62,314 nt of DNA, filler included, from Globobulimina sp. (GCA_003354225.1; 15 parts of 15 records of this genome joined end to end with filler, not necessarily neighbours in it); one strand, 5' to 3'. Shown: positions 12,391 through 25,310, counted from the first letter of the whole stretch. The notes: generated from the letters alone by a model not told the origin. Numbers and translations are program-made.

Positions 12391-12490
12391 NNNNNNNNNN
12401 NNNNNNNNNNNNNNNNNNNNNNNNNNNNNNNNNNTTAATTAATTAANNNNNNNNNNNNNNNNNNNNNNNNNNNNNNNNNNNNNNNNNNNN

Positions 12491-13678
12491 ATTTACGCAA
12501 GAAACATGGCGTTATGGAATCAAAATATTATCATCGGTTAAGTGCAAAAGATTATCCTCCAGAATTCCACAAAGAGGCTGGTGATATGGTGGCAAGATGG
12601 AGATTAGAATCACGTGAAAGATGCAACCAAGCGACGAAAATGTTTCTTGGTTTATTTAGCAAAGCAAACAAAAGGGTTTGATTTGTTATATTGTATTTTT
12701 ATTTTGATTTTTATTTTGTTTTTAATATATTTAAATCAGAAACGAAAACGCCATGAGGTTGATATCGCCACATCAACAGATTCAGAAACAAAGACACCGC
12801 CACATCTAAAGAAACGAAGCAATCTTTTGGTTGATACTATGATTATTAATATGGATGAGAGTGAGAGTGAGGATGACAATGACAATGAGAATGAGAGTGG
12901 CAATTCCAATGCCGATGAGAGTGACAATGCCAATGAGATTAATGAGATTAAAATTGATATTTGCGATGCGGTGGAAGAGCGAGTTAATGTTTTCTTGCGC
13001 CAAATGAATGCAAGCGAACAATATAAAAAATTGAAAATATTTTATGAGAATAAGGGATTGAGTTTATTTGAGACATGGAGGGCTTGCGGAGAACGATCCA
13101 ATTTACTCCGTTTAGCCTCAAATCCGTTATTCCATGGACTCATAAAATCGCTGAATGGATGTCATTTATCTGACGCTGTGTTTTATGGTTTAATTATTGA
13201 ATCAAAATTATTTGAGAATTATAAATTTGTTGCTTTATTACAATATATTTCATCTGCTGACTATAAATATGTATCTAGGGAGATATCATTTCACTTCTAT
13301 GCATTATCAAAATTAATTCAAGAACAATCCGCATCACTTATTACCGAATTAAATGATTTTAATACAAAACATGAATGCAAATACAATGCGATATTGATTT
13401 TATTCGATTTTATAAATGTCAGAAAAATCACAAATATTTTACACTCGATTGAATTGAATAAATTGCAAACAAATTACATTTCAAAAACACGAAAATATGT
13501 TACACAAAATGATTGCATCGATGCCATTCGTGTGTTGGATGCAAAAATTGCATCGTTGTCGTATTTGGCTCAATCGCCAGTCAATAAACAGTTGTTATCC
13601 CGTTACCAATCTGAGCGTCAATGTATGGTCAGAGACTTGCATAAAAAACAAAGAGTTGCGAGAAACACTAGGAATTAA
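12491..13678 (+). CDS. Hypothetical protein, 5'-truncated, intron ~12675-12739
   Basis: An open frame from the contig start (LRKKHGVMESKYY...) joins ORF 12614-13678 through a T-rich GT..CAG intron. Basic KRKRKR stretch and acidic tract. Confidence 0.5.
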
Positions 13679-14300
13679 ACGGCACATTAAACAGTCTCAA
13701 TATCCAAATTTAAAACAATTATTTGATGAAAGCAATAGAATATTATCAAAACGAATGATAATACAAAATGAGAATGAAGCAATATTTATTCCATCAATGT
13801 GGTTTCATGAAGTTTATAATTTGAGTGATATTGTATTGTCAATTAATCATAATTGGTTCAATGGAATGAATATACATTGGATTTGGAATTGTATTTATGC
13901 TCAATATCAAAATGTATGTCAAAGTATTGAAGATTTAAAAGATATTTTAGATACAAGCGCATTTTATGAAAAATGTCAAGAATTATTAATGGATTTTGCA
14001 GGCATTGATTTCAATCAATTTATGGAGATTATTCTATTGAGTACTCAATATATTTTAAAAATGCTCACTAATCATGATATTGAAGAAAATATTCAAAACT
14101 TTAAAATTAAATCGTATTTATTTTCAATGAAAAATGTATTAAATATGATACAAACAATCATTAAAACAAACTGTATGAATAAAAGTCATACAAAACAGTT
14201 AATTGACATTAAACGCAATATTCAACAAACATTGTCCCACTTGAAATGCCTACGAATTGATGACAAATTGTGGAAAGTATCTGGTGTTGATTCGATATGA
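13670..14300 (+). CDS. JmjC-domain (JMJD4-like) C-terminal portion
   Basis: IIQNENEAIFIPSMWFHEVYNL..LSINHNWFN is the second half of a JMJD4-type JmjC domain. The HxD half is not visible upstream. Confidence 0.7.
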
Positions 14301-14323
14301 GATTTTGTACACAAATTAAAAAA

Positions 14324-16553
14324 ATGACTCTGTCTACTCAAGAAAATGCACTCCTGGCCTTTTTTCTATTTGGTACAATCAGCAGTATTTTCCTTGTATT
14401 ATCGACTATATTCAACTCTTGTTATGCCCTCTATGATAAATTCCAACCAAACACAATCAAAGAAAATGAAGTTATTGAAGAAAACAAAAAAATAGACGGA
14501 GAAAATACAAATGATAAAATACAAGAATTACAACATCAAATGCGTAATTTAGAGACGCAGCCAAGACGCAGCAAATCAGATAATATCAAACAATATATGC
14601 CATATCTACAACTAAATAATAATCCGAAAAACGATGAGAAAAATGATGAATGTAAATATGAATCACCACTTGTTCTCAAACGACGGCATTCCGTTCAAAA
14701 TGCGCACATAAAAAGAAGGTAAAATAAAATTTCTTTTCCCAACAATAAAAACATATAAAATTGGAATTCATAGATTTTCCGGCATGGCAAACTATTACCA
14801 AAAATGTAATGAAAATGAAGTAAAAGAGAGTGTGGATGGTTCAATATCACCAATGTCAACTGTTTATTATCCAAATCGATCTGGTAGACATTTCTCAGGC
14901 ACCACGACTATATTCGAAGATATTATGATGAACAGCACTGTTTTGGATGGAATACGTATGGGCAAACTGCATGATGTGTTACATGAATGTACAGCCAGTG
15001 ATATCGCCAACTTTTTCCCAATAATTGCAGCCATTATATGTAAAGTGCCATATGGTATGAAAAATGAACAAGATAAGTTATTGAAGTCAATCAGAGAAAG
15101 AGCTTTAAGCAACACAGGATTACGACAAACTATTCAATTTTTTATGCTTTCAAATCAAGAAAACGAATTAGTTCGACAAATCTGGAGACATAACGCATTT
15201 ATGATTGCTTTGGATTCCACTCATAACATCGATGCAAGTAATGATGATCTGAATATTATGCCCTCCAATCATCATAAATTAAAAATTACGCATTCGCATG
15301 TTCATAAATATGATGATAATGATAGAAAGCAGCACCGACGGAAGTCGTTTACGACGGATGATTTAAATATTGAAGAGCTCCAGAAATTGTTAGTAGAGGA
15401 TGACATTTCCAGTTTGAAGGAGGAAGTAACTCCTATGCATCGACGCAGATTTACACGAAGTTACATACAATCGTTTAATGACAATGCCGATGTATTTCGG
15501 TGGCTGTTGGACTCGTCCGTTGGCTGTGAATTTAAAGCAGATTGTGAACAAATCTGTGATCCAATAAATAACAATGAAATAATTCATCGGATGGAAGTGA
15601 AGAAAATATTCGAGTCAGCAGCTCAGCCTGTTTTAATTGAGACATTTGATAAAAATAACTGCAGCATCGGCTCTTTTATTATCAAGGAAGGTGATGATTT
15701 GCGGCAAGATGAAAATATGATGTTTATGTTTCATATTATGAATGCGATTTGGGAGGAAAATAATTTTTTATACAATCAACATCCGATCAGAGCATTGACT
15801 TATTTGTGTGTGGCAATGGGGAACGATTTTGGTGCCATAGAATTGGTGGAAAATTGCGTGGCATTGAGAAATATTTCTTCATTAAAAAATAAGTTTGAAA
15901 GTAATGAACATTTATTGAACAATTTGATTGCAAGCAGTGTGGGCTCATATATTGCTGTTTATATTATGGGTGTTGGTGATCGCCATTTTGATAATATACT
16001 AATCAGAGATGACGGGACTTTGTTTCATATTGATTTCGGATATATTTTGGGGCAAAAAGTGAGTTTGGACACGGCAGAGTTTGCGATTACAAATGATTTG
16101 TATAATATTATTATTGGGCGAGAAGAAGAGGTCTGGCAAGAATTTATTGAAGTTTGTGTCGATGCTTTTATGATTCTTCGCAAACACATTGAGGAATTGA
16201 TACAATTTTGTAAGATTACGTTTACTTTCTTAAATCCACCACAATGCCAATCGATTGATGACTTTTTCCGTGATAAATTTGGGATAGATTTAATGGAGAA
16301 AGAAGTGGAAATATCATTGCGAAATAAATTGGAACAAGCACCCTTTGATTGGAATACAAAGATAAAAAATGCAATGCATTCATTGGCTACCTCATCATAT
16401 GCATGGTATCCACCAAATATTGATTTATCACTCATAAAGCAGTTATCATCGGTTTCCAATCAGATAACCTGTGCGACAGAGGAGATGTCCAGTCAGGCCA
16501 ATACGGTTTCCGGTGCTTCCACTCAAATGACATCCAGTATTGCAGCCAATGCC
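14324..16553 (+). CDS. Phosphatidylinositol 3-/4-kinase family protein with N-terminal TM segment; intron 14719-14773
   Basis: KEGDDLRQD, GAIELV and YIMGVGDRHFDNILIRDDGTLFHIDFGYILG. The intron joins ORF 14297-14722 to ORF 14784 in frame. No stop before the spacer. Confidence 0.9.
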
Positions 16554-16653
16554 NNNNNNNNNNNNNNNNNNNNNNNNNNNNNNNNNNNNNNNNNNNNTTA
16601 ATTAATTAANNNNNNNNNNNNNNNNNNNNNNNNNNNNNNNNNNNNNNNNNNNN

Positions 16654-17094
16654 CGGGTGTCGGATAGGGATGAGTTCGAAACGAGTGTGGGTGAGGCGGA
16701 GATAATGGAGTTTGATATCAAAGAGGATGAGATGGATTTTATTGATGTGGAGCAGGAGATGGTGCGTCGCAGCAAAGTCCGGGATAAAATTGCACGGCGG
16801 ATTGAGAAATCCATTGAAAAAGAGTCGATTGAGGCGGATCAAACTATAGCGGATTATGCAAATACGTTGAAGCGGTTTAATCAGAATGATGAGGATATCA
16901 ATGAGGAGGAATTGAAATCTGTGTTGAAAACGGGGATATTTACGGATAAAGAGATTGAAGAGTTTTTGAAAGAATTGGATGTGATGAAGCAGAAAGAACC
17001 ACAGCTAAACTTATCGCAGAGGATTGAGAGATTGATTGATGAGTTTAACGAAGATATTGATATTAAAGATATTAACAAAGATAAGGAAACATGA
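16654..17094 (+). CDS. Acidic hypothetical protein, C-terminal fragment
   Basis: Open from the contig start to a stop at 17094; purine-rich coding bias. Confidence 0.55.
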   Translation, partial: RVSDRDEFETSVGEAEIMEFDIKEDEMDFIDVEQEMVRRSKVRDKIARRIEKSIEKESIEADQTIADYANTLKRFNQNDEDINEEELKSVLKTGIFTDKEIEEFLKELDVMKQKEPQLNLSQRIERLIDEFNEDIDIKDINKDKET

Positions 17095-17214
17095 AGCAAT
17101 TGTGACATGTTCGAATTATATTAATATATATTAGTTAGTTGTACTGTTTCTTGTGTTTGCTCAACGTTATCAGACAAATGTAGCCAAAAGTATACTGAAT
17201 CAGACATTTTAACC

Positions 17215-19080
17215 ATGGGTCTGGCCGCATCAGCATCAACGCAAACCTCGCTAGAGTCAGTAGTACCTGTTTCACAAAACGCAGTCAGAATTAATATCGA
17301 CGACATTGATTTAGCACAACTCGATGAATCCAAATCAAACAGCAAGGAAAATAAAAAAACGCGCAAAAGCAAAGAATATAAACAATTGCGTGCATTGGCT
17401 CGATCAGGAATCGATGAGAAGAGAAGATTTGAAGTTACAATACATCATTCTGATCAATACCATCCTTGCACACTAAGTCGCTAATATATTACCTTACAAA
17501 TATTTAATTAGTTATGGCGTAAATCAACCAATGCATTGGATAAATACTGTAAAATGTATGACAACATAGCACAGGAATTATTTGAACACATTGACATGAC
17601 TGAATTCCCTCAATTCCCTCGGTTTGGCTCCGGCTGTAAATTTGAACGGTTACTAAAAACACAGGACGAGAAACAGCAGCATAAACAGCATAATTTATTG
17701 CATTCCTCGCAGCGAATATTACTGATATTAGCCATAGAACACGACTCATTGAAATATTGTCCGCAATTGGGATATTTGGTGGAAGAGATGTTATTAGACT
17801 CCAATTCCTCAGAAACGGGTGTTTTCTCCATCTGCCATTCCATGTTAGTTGCCAGCAAAAGAAACAATTGGTACTTTCGCACTGATTATTTCAACTCATA
17901 CGTCCGCATCAAAACATTTCTATCCATATTTGAGCACAATGTGTCATTCGTCGCCTCGCATTTAAAGAACAACAACATGGATATCTCCAATATTATGGGC
18001 GATGCCATATCGTCCATGTGGTTCGAGTACGTGTCCAATGAAACTTACTTACGATTAATTGACACATTCTCCGTGGAAGGCTATAAGATATTATTTCGAG
18101 TCGGTGTTGCTTTGCTAAATCATGCACAGTCACAGTTGGTGTTATGTAATGATTTGAAATTATTCAAAAACGTTTTAATTGCGGAGAGCAAGAAACTTTA
18201 TCCCAATGAATTATGTCTGCGCTGCTTCAAAATCTATTTAACCCGGAATAAGTTCGAGAAATTGGATAAGTTTCACCGTGATAAAGGTTTTGACGATCCG
18301 TTTTTAAATAATGTCGAGGAAGAGACCTATGTTCGACGCTGGCCGTCGTGGAATAAAAATATTATGGATAAATCTGCCATTTTGAGCAAGAAAGTGCAAT
18401 TTTTGCAGCTATGGGTGTGGCTGCCGCCGGGTTGTCATATTGGAGACTATGAACTGTTGTTTTCAACGGCCAATGATGGCTATAAATTGTCGCAGTTATA
18501 TTTACAATGTCAGGAACAGGAGAATTTGATTATAATTATAAAGACTGTGCAAAAAGAGATCATTGGAGTGTTTGTGTCGCAGTTTGATGATCCTGTTCTT
18601 GGTAAATTTGCGCCTTTGAAGAAAAGAATTAAAGATCCGAAGATATTGCTGTTTCAATTGCATTCAAATTGCAGTGAGAAAGGTGTGAATGTGGAGAGTG
18701 ATGAGAATAAGAATGATAGATTTGAAGCAAAGTGTTTTTGGGCGGATACCGTGGATCAATTTTATCATCGCAGTAAGTTGCAAATGGAAAATATGCACAC
18801 ACAAAGAGGTGGATTGGATATGAATGACGTTGAAAATGACTTAGTTGAAATAGTACAAGAAGAGAAAAAAAATGATGATAAGGATCAAAGGATTCCGGTT
18901 GTTTTCCCATCAAAGGAGGCATTGATTATTGGCGATGGACACGATAACTGCATATATTTAGATGAGGATTTAAATTATGGATTTTCATCAAAATGTGTGA
19001 CTTTTAATAGTCCGTCGTTAGTCATTGCAAAAGATGGACAGTTTCAAGTGTCTCATGTCGAAGTGTGGGCTGTTCAATAA
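17215..19080 (+). CDS. TBC (Rab-GAP) + TLDc protein, TBC1D24-like; intron 17434-17511
   Basis: LRALARSGI, LKYCPQL and IDTFSVEGYKILFRVGVALL (TBC); LLFSTANDGYKLSQLY and YGFSSKCVTFNSPSL..VEVW (TLDc). N-terminal MG. Confidence 0.88.
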
Positions 19081-19141
19081 TTGATTTCTATTTATCATTC
19101 AGCTGTTTTCAATTGTTGTGAGGGTATTAAATGCACATTTG

Positions 19142-20657
19142 TCAACAGCGCGCGATGGTTATACACTTACTTATAAGTAGGTTAAAATTCTCTTGGTCAG
19201 TGCTTGCACCCTCATATCTTGCAACTACGTTCTCTGCGGTTTGCTGTTTGCTATCATAACAATACAATATGATATCTGTTGTAATGGATATTATACCATA
19301 TACAGCTAATAATACTCCAATACCAGATACGCTAAACTTTGACATCAACAACGTAGCGAGAAAAGGAGCAGTACCACCAAACAATGCAAATGCAATATTA
19401 AATGAAACAGCAAACGATGAATATCTGGTTGATATATTTTTCAATCTTAATATAGCAAATAATGTGATACCGCCATGATACATACCATTAAGCATTGCAA
19501 ATATCATTTGAACGAATAGTATTTGCACTGTGTTCATTGTAGCCAAAAATGGAAATATTAATGGAAGATAAATTATTAATAAAACACCAAATATAATTAA
19601 CATATAAATCGGATCGGATTTAAAATATTTATCAATAATTATTGAAGAAATTATATGTGATAACAAATCTATTCCCAGATTTATACCATTGATTAAAAAC
19701 ATTTGTTTGATTGGATTTATATCTTTGTTTAGCATATATGACGGCAGCCAGACAAACATCGTATAACCAATGGAGGCCATAAATGTCAAATGACATACAA
19801 TTGTAAACATATTAAACTTTTCTGTTATACATGATGTATATACGGGATTTTGTAATAGTAACCCTTTTTGTTTTTGTTCTATGAAATCAGTGCTTTGCTT
19901 TAATGCTTTCCTCAGCCAAATACCAAACAAACCGACAAATGAACCCAAAATAAATGGTATTCTCCAGATGAACGAGTCAATCTCTTTCTGAGTAAAAAAA
20001 GTGTGTAATAAACCAATGAATAATGATGCGGAGACAGTTCCAAGTCCTATGGAAATTATTTTATTCCAATGTGTTTTTGTTTGTATAAAGTATAATTATA
20101 TGCAAACCTGCAGCAATATGGACCATTGCATTGAACACTGCTTTTTGTTGAGGTGGGCATATTTCAACAATATAGGTTACGGCACCACCCATTTCTCCCC
20201 CAACGGACAAACCCTGCATTAATCTGAAGATGATCAATAATATGGAAGCAATAATACCAATTTGATTATACTTTGGTGATATCGCCGTTAGAAAGGTAGG
20301 TATAGCCATCATATACAGTGATAGTCTTAATGCAGTGATACGGCCGTATTTATCACCAATATGTCCATATAAAATACCACCAATTGGCCTTACAAAAAAA
20401 GCACCTGCAAAAACTGCAAATGTTGCCATTGTTTGTAATGTTTTATCATTGTTTGGAAAGAAATTTGTTCCCATTGATGTTGCTAACAATCCAAAGATTG
20501 CAAAATCAAACCATTCTAAAAAATGACCAATTGATGCAGCAAATATAGCAACAAACAAATCTTTCTTTGATACATATTCTTGCTGCAGTACCACCAGAGT
20601 ATTGTCTGTATTTTCCGATTTATCCGAATCCACTTCTCTCATTTCAACCTCTTCCAT
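19142..20657 (-). CDS. MFS metabolite:H+ symporter (ProP-like, MHS family); intron 20047-20107
   Basis: GHFLEWFDFAIFG, RPIGGILYGHIGDKYGR, RLMQGLSVGGEMGGA, WRIPFILG and FNIAFALFGGTAP. Confidence 0.88.
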
Positions 20658-20815
20658 TTATCGAGCAAAACAAAAAGAGATTTTTATATTTTAAATTAAG
20701 TTTTAAAAATGATGCNNNNNNNNNNNNNNNNNNNNNNNNNNNNNNNNNNNNNNNNNNNNTTAATTAATTAANNNNNNNNNNNNNNNNNNNNNNNNNNNNN
20801 NNNNNNNNNNNNNNN

Positions 20816-21350
20816 ATATTTCTGTTTTTTTTGTTCCAATTACTTCTAATTCATTCCAGATATTATCATTAATTCCATTTTGTTTTTGTATATTTTCTGC
20901 TGTATTTTTTATTTCATTTTGAAGAGAAACGTTCATTTTGCTCAATAACAATAATTGTATGATGTGATATTGACCTTTAAAACGAGCCCGATCCATCGCT
21001 GTTTCCCCTTTATCATTTTTTGCATCGATGTTGCATCCGGAATTAATACAAAATTGAACAATTTCAGAGCTATATTCGGCAGCGATTATTAACAATGTAT
21101 TGCCATATTTATCTGTTTCTGTCATTGAAATCGTCTTTCTTTTAACTAAACTTTCTATAAATTCTTTTTGATTATCTTTACATTTATTTGTAATATTATC
21201 CCACAGTTCTGATTTTAATATATTTGATGATAATTGCACACTTTCATTTGCTTTTGATTTAGATTCAAATTCTTCAATTCCATCCAAGACATCATCAATG
21301 AAATTGCCATCGATATTGATTTCATATTCCTGCTTTTGTTCAGACGTCAT
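20816..21350 (-). CDS. Ankyrin-repeat protein, 3'-truncated
   Basis: DKYGNTLLIIAA..IVQFCI..G.NIDAKNDKGETAMDRA. Confidence 0.8.
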
Positions 21351-21497
21351 TGCGCAAGTCAAGTAAGAACGAGAAAACTATCACAAATCAAGTAAGAACT
21401 AATCTTTTTAGAAAACAACATCACCACTCTCAAATCTCTATTGACAAAACTACTTTACGTTTCAAGTGTTTCCCGACACACAACCTTGCGGAGTAGT

Positions 21498-24400
21498 ATG
21501 GCCAGTTCTTATTTAGCATTATTGTATTTTTTGATGATTGTTCTTTGGATAACTACCACTGATGGTTATCAATGCGGACTATACCTTTATACAGAGCCAA
21601 ACTACGGTGGATCAGAAGTTACACATTTGATATACTTATTAGTTTGGAGGGATTAGTTTTTAGACGTTTTAGATCCTATGTATTGTTATCACCATCTCCC
21701 TGGTGTGCGAGGATAATCTAAAAACTAATCCCTCCAAACCCAAGTACGGGGAAAGTATTCTTGCATCACATATTAAATATATAATACATTAATACATAGT
21801 ATGGTCCATTTGATGTAGGAGAAACGCGATATGGACCATTTCCAAACGATGCAATATCATCCTCCATATTATATGCAACGGGTTATTGGTGTTATGCAAC
21901 GTTACATGTCCATGTCTGCAACACAGCAATAAAAACCATGAGTACAGGTCCTAATGGAGTCTCATACGATAATCATCTTGGTCAAGATAATGAGCTTTCC
22001 TGTGTTTACGTATGGTCAGTTGCTACACCATCACCAACTCCATCTCCTACTTTCCCAACTATCGCCCCATCCGTCCCACCAACAAAACTACCGTCACAAT
22101 CGCCAACCATAGAGCCAACGATAGCACCTACCTCATCATGTTTTGATTATAAAAATGAAACTAGTGATGATGGAAATGATGGAATTCCTCAATTTATGAA
22201 TAATTATGCCGCTATTGTAAATATTATAAGATATTGGTCGAGAATGAGTCTGATATCGCTGATATCGGGGTAAGTATGTGATATTTTCACTGATACTGAA
22301 AAGTCTCCTATAAAGATATTAAGTGATCTTCTAAAAAAGACAACTAATTATCACTCCATATTTACGTTAACGTTATTTCCGGTGTTAACAAATTATTTTT
22401 TTTTAATAAGGGCAATGTATTTCGAGTCCTACCGCTAATCCAACATTCTCACCAACACGTGCTCCTACACTATCACCTTCAATCTCTCCTACAACAAACC
22501 CGACCTTATCCCCTTCTATGAATCCCTCATTTAATCCTTCAATCTCACCAACTTCCACACCGACAGCTTCTCCTACAATATCACCTACAACCTCTCCTAC
22601 AAGAAAACCAAGCTTAGCTCCTTCTCTTTATCCCTCATTCAGTCCCACCATCTCACCAACAATCACACCATCGATGAATCCTACTTTTGCGCCATCTGTG
22701 GCACCAACATTCCCTCCTTCTGTTGCTCCCACTTTTGCGCCAACCGTTCCACCGAGCAATTCACCTTCAAACAACCCGACCAGTGCTCCTTCTTCAGCTC
22801 CCTCAAATGTTCCATCTGCAGCACCCACCATATCACCCAGCAAAGCACCAACATTGAGTCCGACTGCGGCGCCGACACGAATTCCAACACAAGATTATGA
22901 AACCATTTATCATTCCTATATTGATATTTGTTATGTCATTCAAGAATTGAACCCTTTGTATATTGTAGAATTAGAAGACAACACAGTGAGTGTCCTTGGC
23001 CATATCATTGAAATCATAGAATCCAAATATTTTGTCGAGAATGTTGTCGAATATAAAGATTTTATGGTGAAAGTAGATGATATCAATGGATTTGAAGATT
23101 TAGCAAATGTCCCATTAAAAAAAGGCCAAGATATAAAATTACATTCTCAAATATTATCAGGCTCGGATGTGGATGGAGTCTTATTGCGAACATCGAAAAA
23201 AGATGAATTTGAGAGTGCAGTTACAATGGATTTACAAGCAAATATGTTTCAAAATCATGCAAATCTTAAATTTTATGTGGAAGACAGTGAGTCGTTGAAG
23301 ATTTATAATGATAATCAAGTGACAGGGACGGAATCATACGAAATTATCATCATCAGTGCCTTGGTTATATTTGCGACAATATTCACGGTTCTTCCATTTC
23401 TGTCCAATGTGATGTATGGAATAAGAATAAAGAAACAAAGGGTGATACAAAACAATCGCAGAGCAGACGAGTATTTCACAGCAAACATTGCAATCTTTAT
23501 GGCTTTTATTGTAGTTTCTGGCGGCTGTCACCCGGCACTCTTAATGGTGTCATCCGCTATTTATGGTCTCAATGCTTTTCAAAGTGGTTTAACAAAAAAC
23601 GAATTAAACAAATTGACGAAAATAAAGATTAAATCCACCATAACTCTCGAGTATGAATCATGTATTTAATTAATATGTACAATTGCAAACAATGTATGTA
23701 TCGCATTTAATATCATTTATATTTAGGAACGTACCGCAACTCATTGTGCAGATAATTTATGCGACACAAACAACCTCCATATCGACAGCAGTCTTTTTAG
23801 CGTTTATTGGTTCAGTTTTATCCATTATTTTAGCACTTTCGTCCTTTTTTGCCAACAGAGAGAATCGAAAAAATTCAGAGATTATGTCATATTATCTTCG
23901 ATTTTGTAATGAAAATTGCAATAAATTGGAAGATGAGCAGGAGAGAAATATACAGAAAAACAAAGGGCGAAGAGAGAAATTACAGAAAGCAATGTCAAAA
24001 GTATTTGGTGTATCACCCGACAACATCGAGATTGGCTACGTATGGACGCGCAAAGACGGTGTTGAGATGTATGTTTCTCACTATTTCTCCAAATCCGAAT
24101 TGGCAAAATATAACCAAAATATTCGTGGTTATATGAGCAGCATCACTCCCAAGCAATATTTGACAAATTTATATAAGAAAATGAAGGTTGAGTTGAATAA
24201 AACGTTTCGAATACATTTTGACATTGAGAGTGAGGATTTTTTTGTTGAAATGATTCATTCGCATTCAAGCACTGTGGATACGATGGCTATGGGCGATAAT
24301 AATATTTCTGTGCCGTTGACGCAAGAAATTGAGTTGCAATCTGTTACGGAATATACTGAAGGTGCAACTAACAAATCATTATTAACCGACATTACTACAA

Positions 24401-24525
24401 CTCAGGCACCAGTACCAGGCACCGATACCAATACAAAAGTGGATGAAATGCATAACATGATGCAATCAATGATGTATATGATCGTTAAGCAAATTATTTG
24501 TTTTTATTCCGTTGATTTTGACTGA
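21498..24525 (+). CDS. Cell-surface protein: signal peptide, beta/gamma-crystallin-like domain, mucin-like PT/SP stalk, multi-TM C-terminus (multi-exon; middle junction uncertain)
   Basis: Signal MASSYLALL..; LYTEPNYGG|YGPF..FPNDAISS..DNELS crystallin-like motifs; PTxSPT repeats 22020-22890. Introns 21618-21799 and 23651-23726 preserve the frame. The segment ~22200-22410 does not splice cleanly. Confidence 0.65.
21635..21744. mobile_element. MITE-like insertion in intron (23-bp perfect inverted repeat, TA flanks)
   Basis: 21642-21664 GTTTGGAGGGATTAGTTTTTAGA is the exact reverse complement of 21717-21739. The element ends CTT..AAG and is flanked by TA on both sides. Confidence 0.65.
22428..22890 (+). 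repeat. Coding Pro/Thr/Ser tetrapeptide repeats (PTxS/PSxA)
   Basis: Long run of PT/PS-x-x units in translation. Confidence 0.9.
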
Positions 24526-24568
24526 TTTTGACTGATTTTGACTGATTTTGACTGATTATTTTGACTGA
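24513..24568. repeat. 10-bp tandem repeat (TGATTTTGAC)n
   Basis: About 4-5 copies visible at the 3' end of the gene. Confidence 0.85.
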
Positions 24569-24977
24569 GTTAAGCAAATTATTTGAGTGATTTTGACAGA
24601 ATTATTTGAGTGTGGTTTTTCAGATTGTTTCTTTTTTACATTTATTTATTTAAGTATACCCTTTTCAGTATACATTTGTTGAAATAAACAGATTATGTAA
24701 TCAAAAATGATTACAATTATCAATTATGTAATCACAATTACTGGTATAATGGAAACTGATTACACGTATAATATTTTCATTGCTATCGTAATTAATTTTG
24801 ATTATAATCACAATCACAGCCTCCTGATATCAGAACATAGCGTTGGTTGCAACTATACAATTATATAATTCATACAANNNNNNNNNNNNNNNNNNNNNNN
24901 NNNNNNNNNNNNNNNNNNNNNTTAATTAATTAANNNNNNNNNNNNNNNNNNNNNNNNNNNNNNNNNNNNNNNNNNNN

Positions 24978-25310
24978 AAGTCCGCGATCCAATGTATCGA
25001 TGGGATGAAAGCATTTGGTCCAGTCACACAATCGTATTTTTTGCAGGGCTGTGGCATCGTGGAAAGGTTTCGCCAATATGTTAAAGACACATTTGATTCT
25101 GATCCAAATAAAGAAAAGGAAGAGAATATTAAAGAGAAGAAAGAGTTTTATGATACATTTGCTAAAATTATGGATGTGGATAAATTAGGCGGACACTTTA
25201 AAGTGTTGGGCTTTGCGAGAGAAACGATCGGTGTCCCCATTGGATTTAGAACTCCGGTCTCGGACAAACAAGCAAAAACGGATGAAATGGGACTTCCTTT
25301 GTATAAGTGA
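24978..25310 (+). CDS. NDUFAF7: NDUFAF7/MidA-like SAM methyltransferase, C-terminal fragment
   Basis: FGPVTQSYFL..CGI.ER...IMD..KLGGHFKV matches the family C-terminus. Confidence 0.65.
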   Translation, partial: KSAIQCIDGMKAFGPVTQSYFLQGCGIVERFRQYVKDTFDSDPNKEKEENIKEKKEFYDTFAKIMDVDKLGGHFKVLGFARETIGVPIGFRTPVSDKQAKTDEMGLPLYK

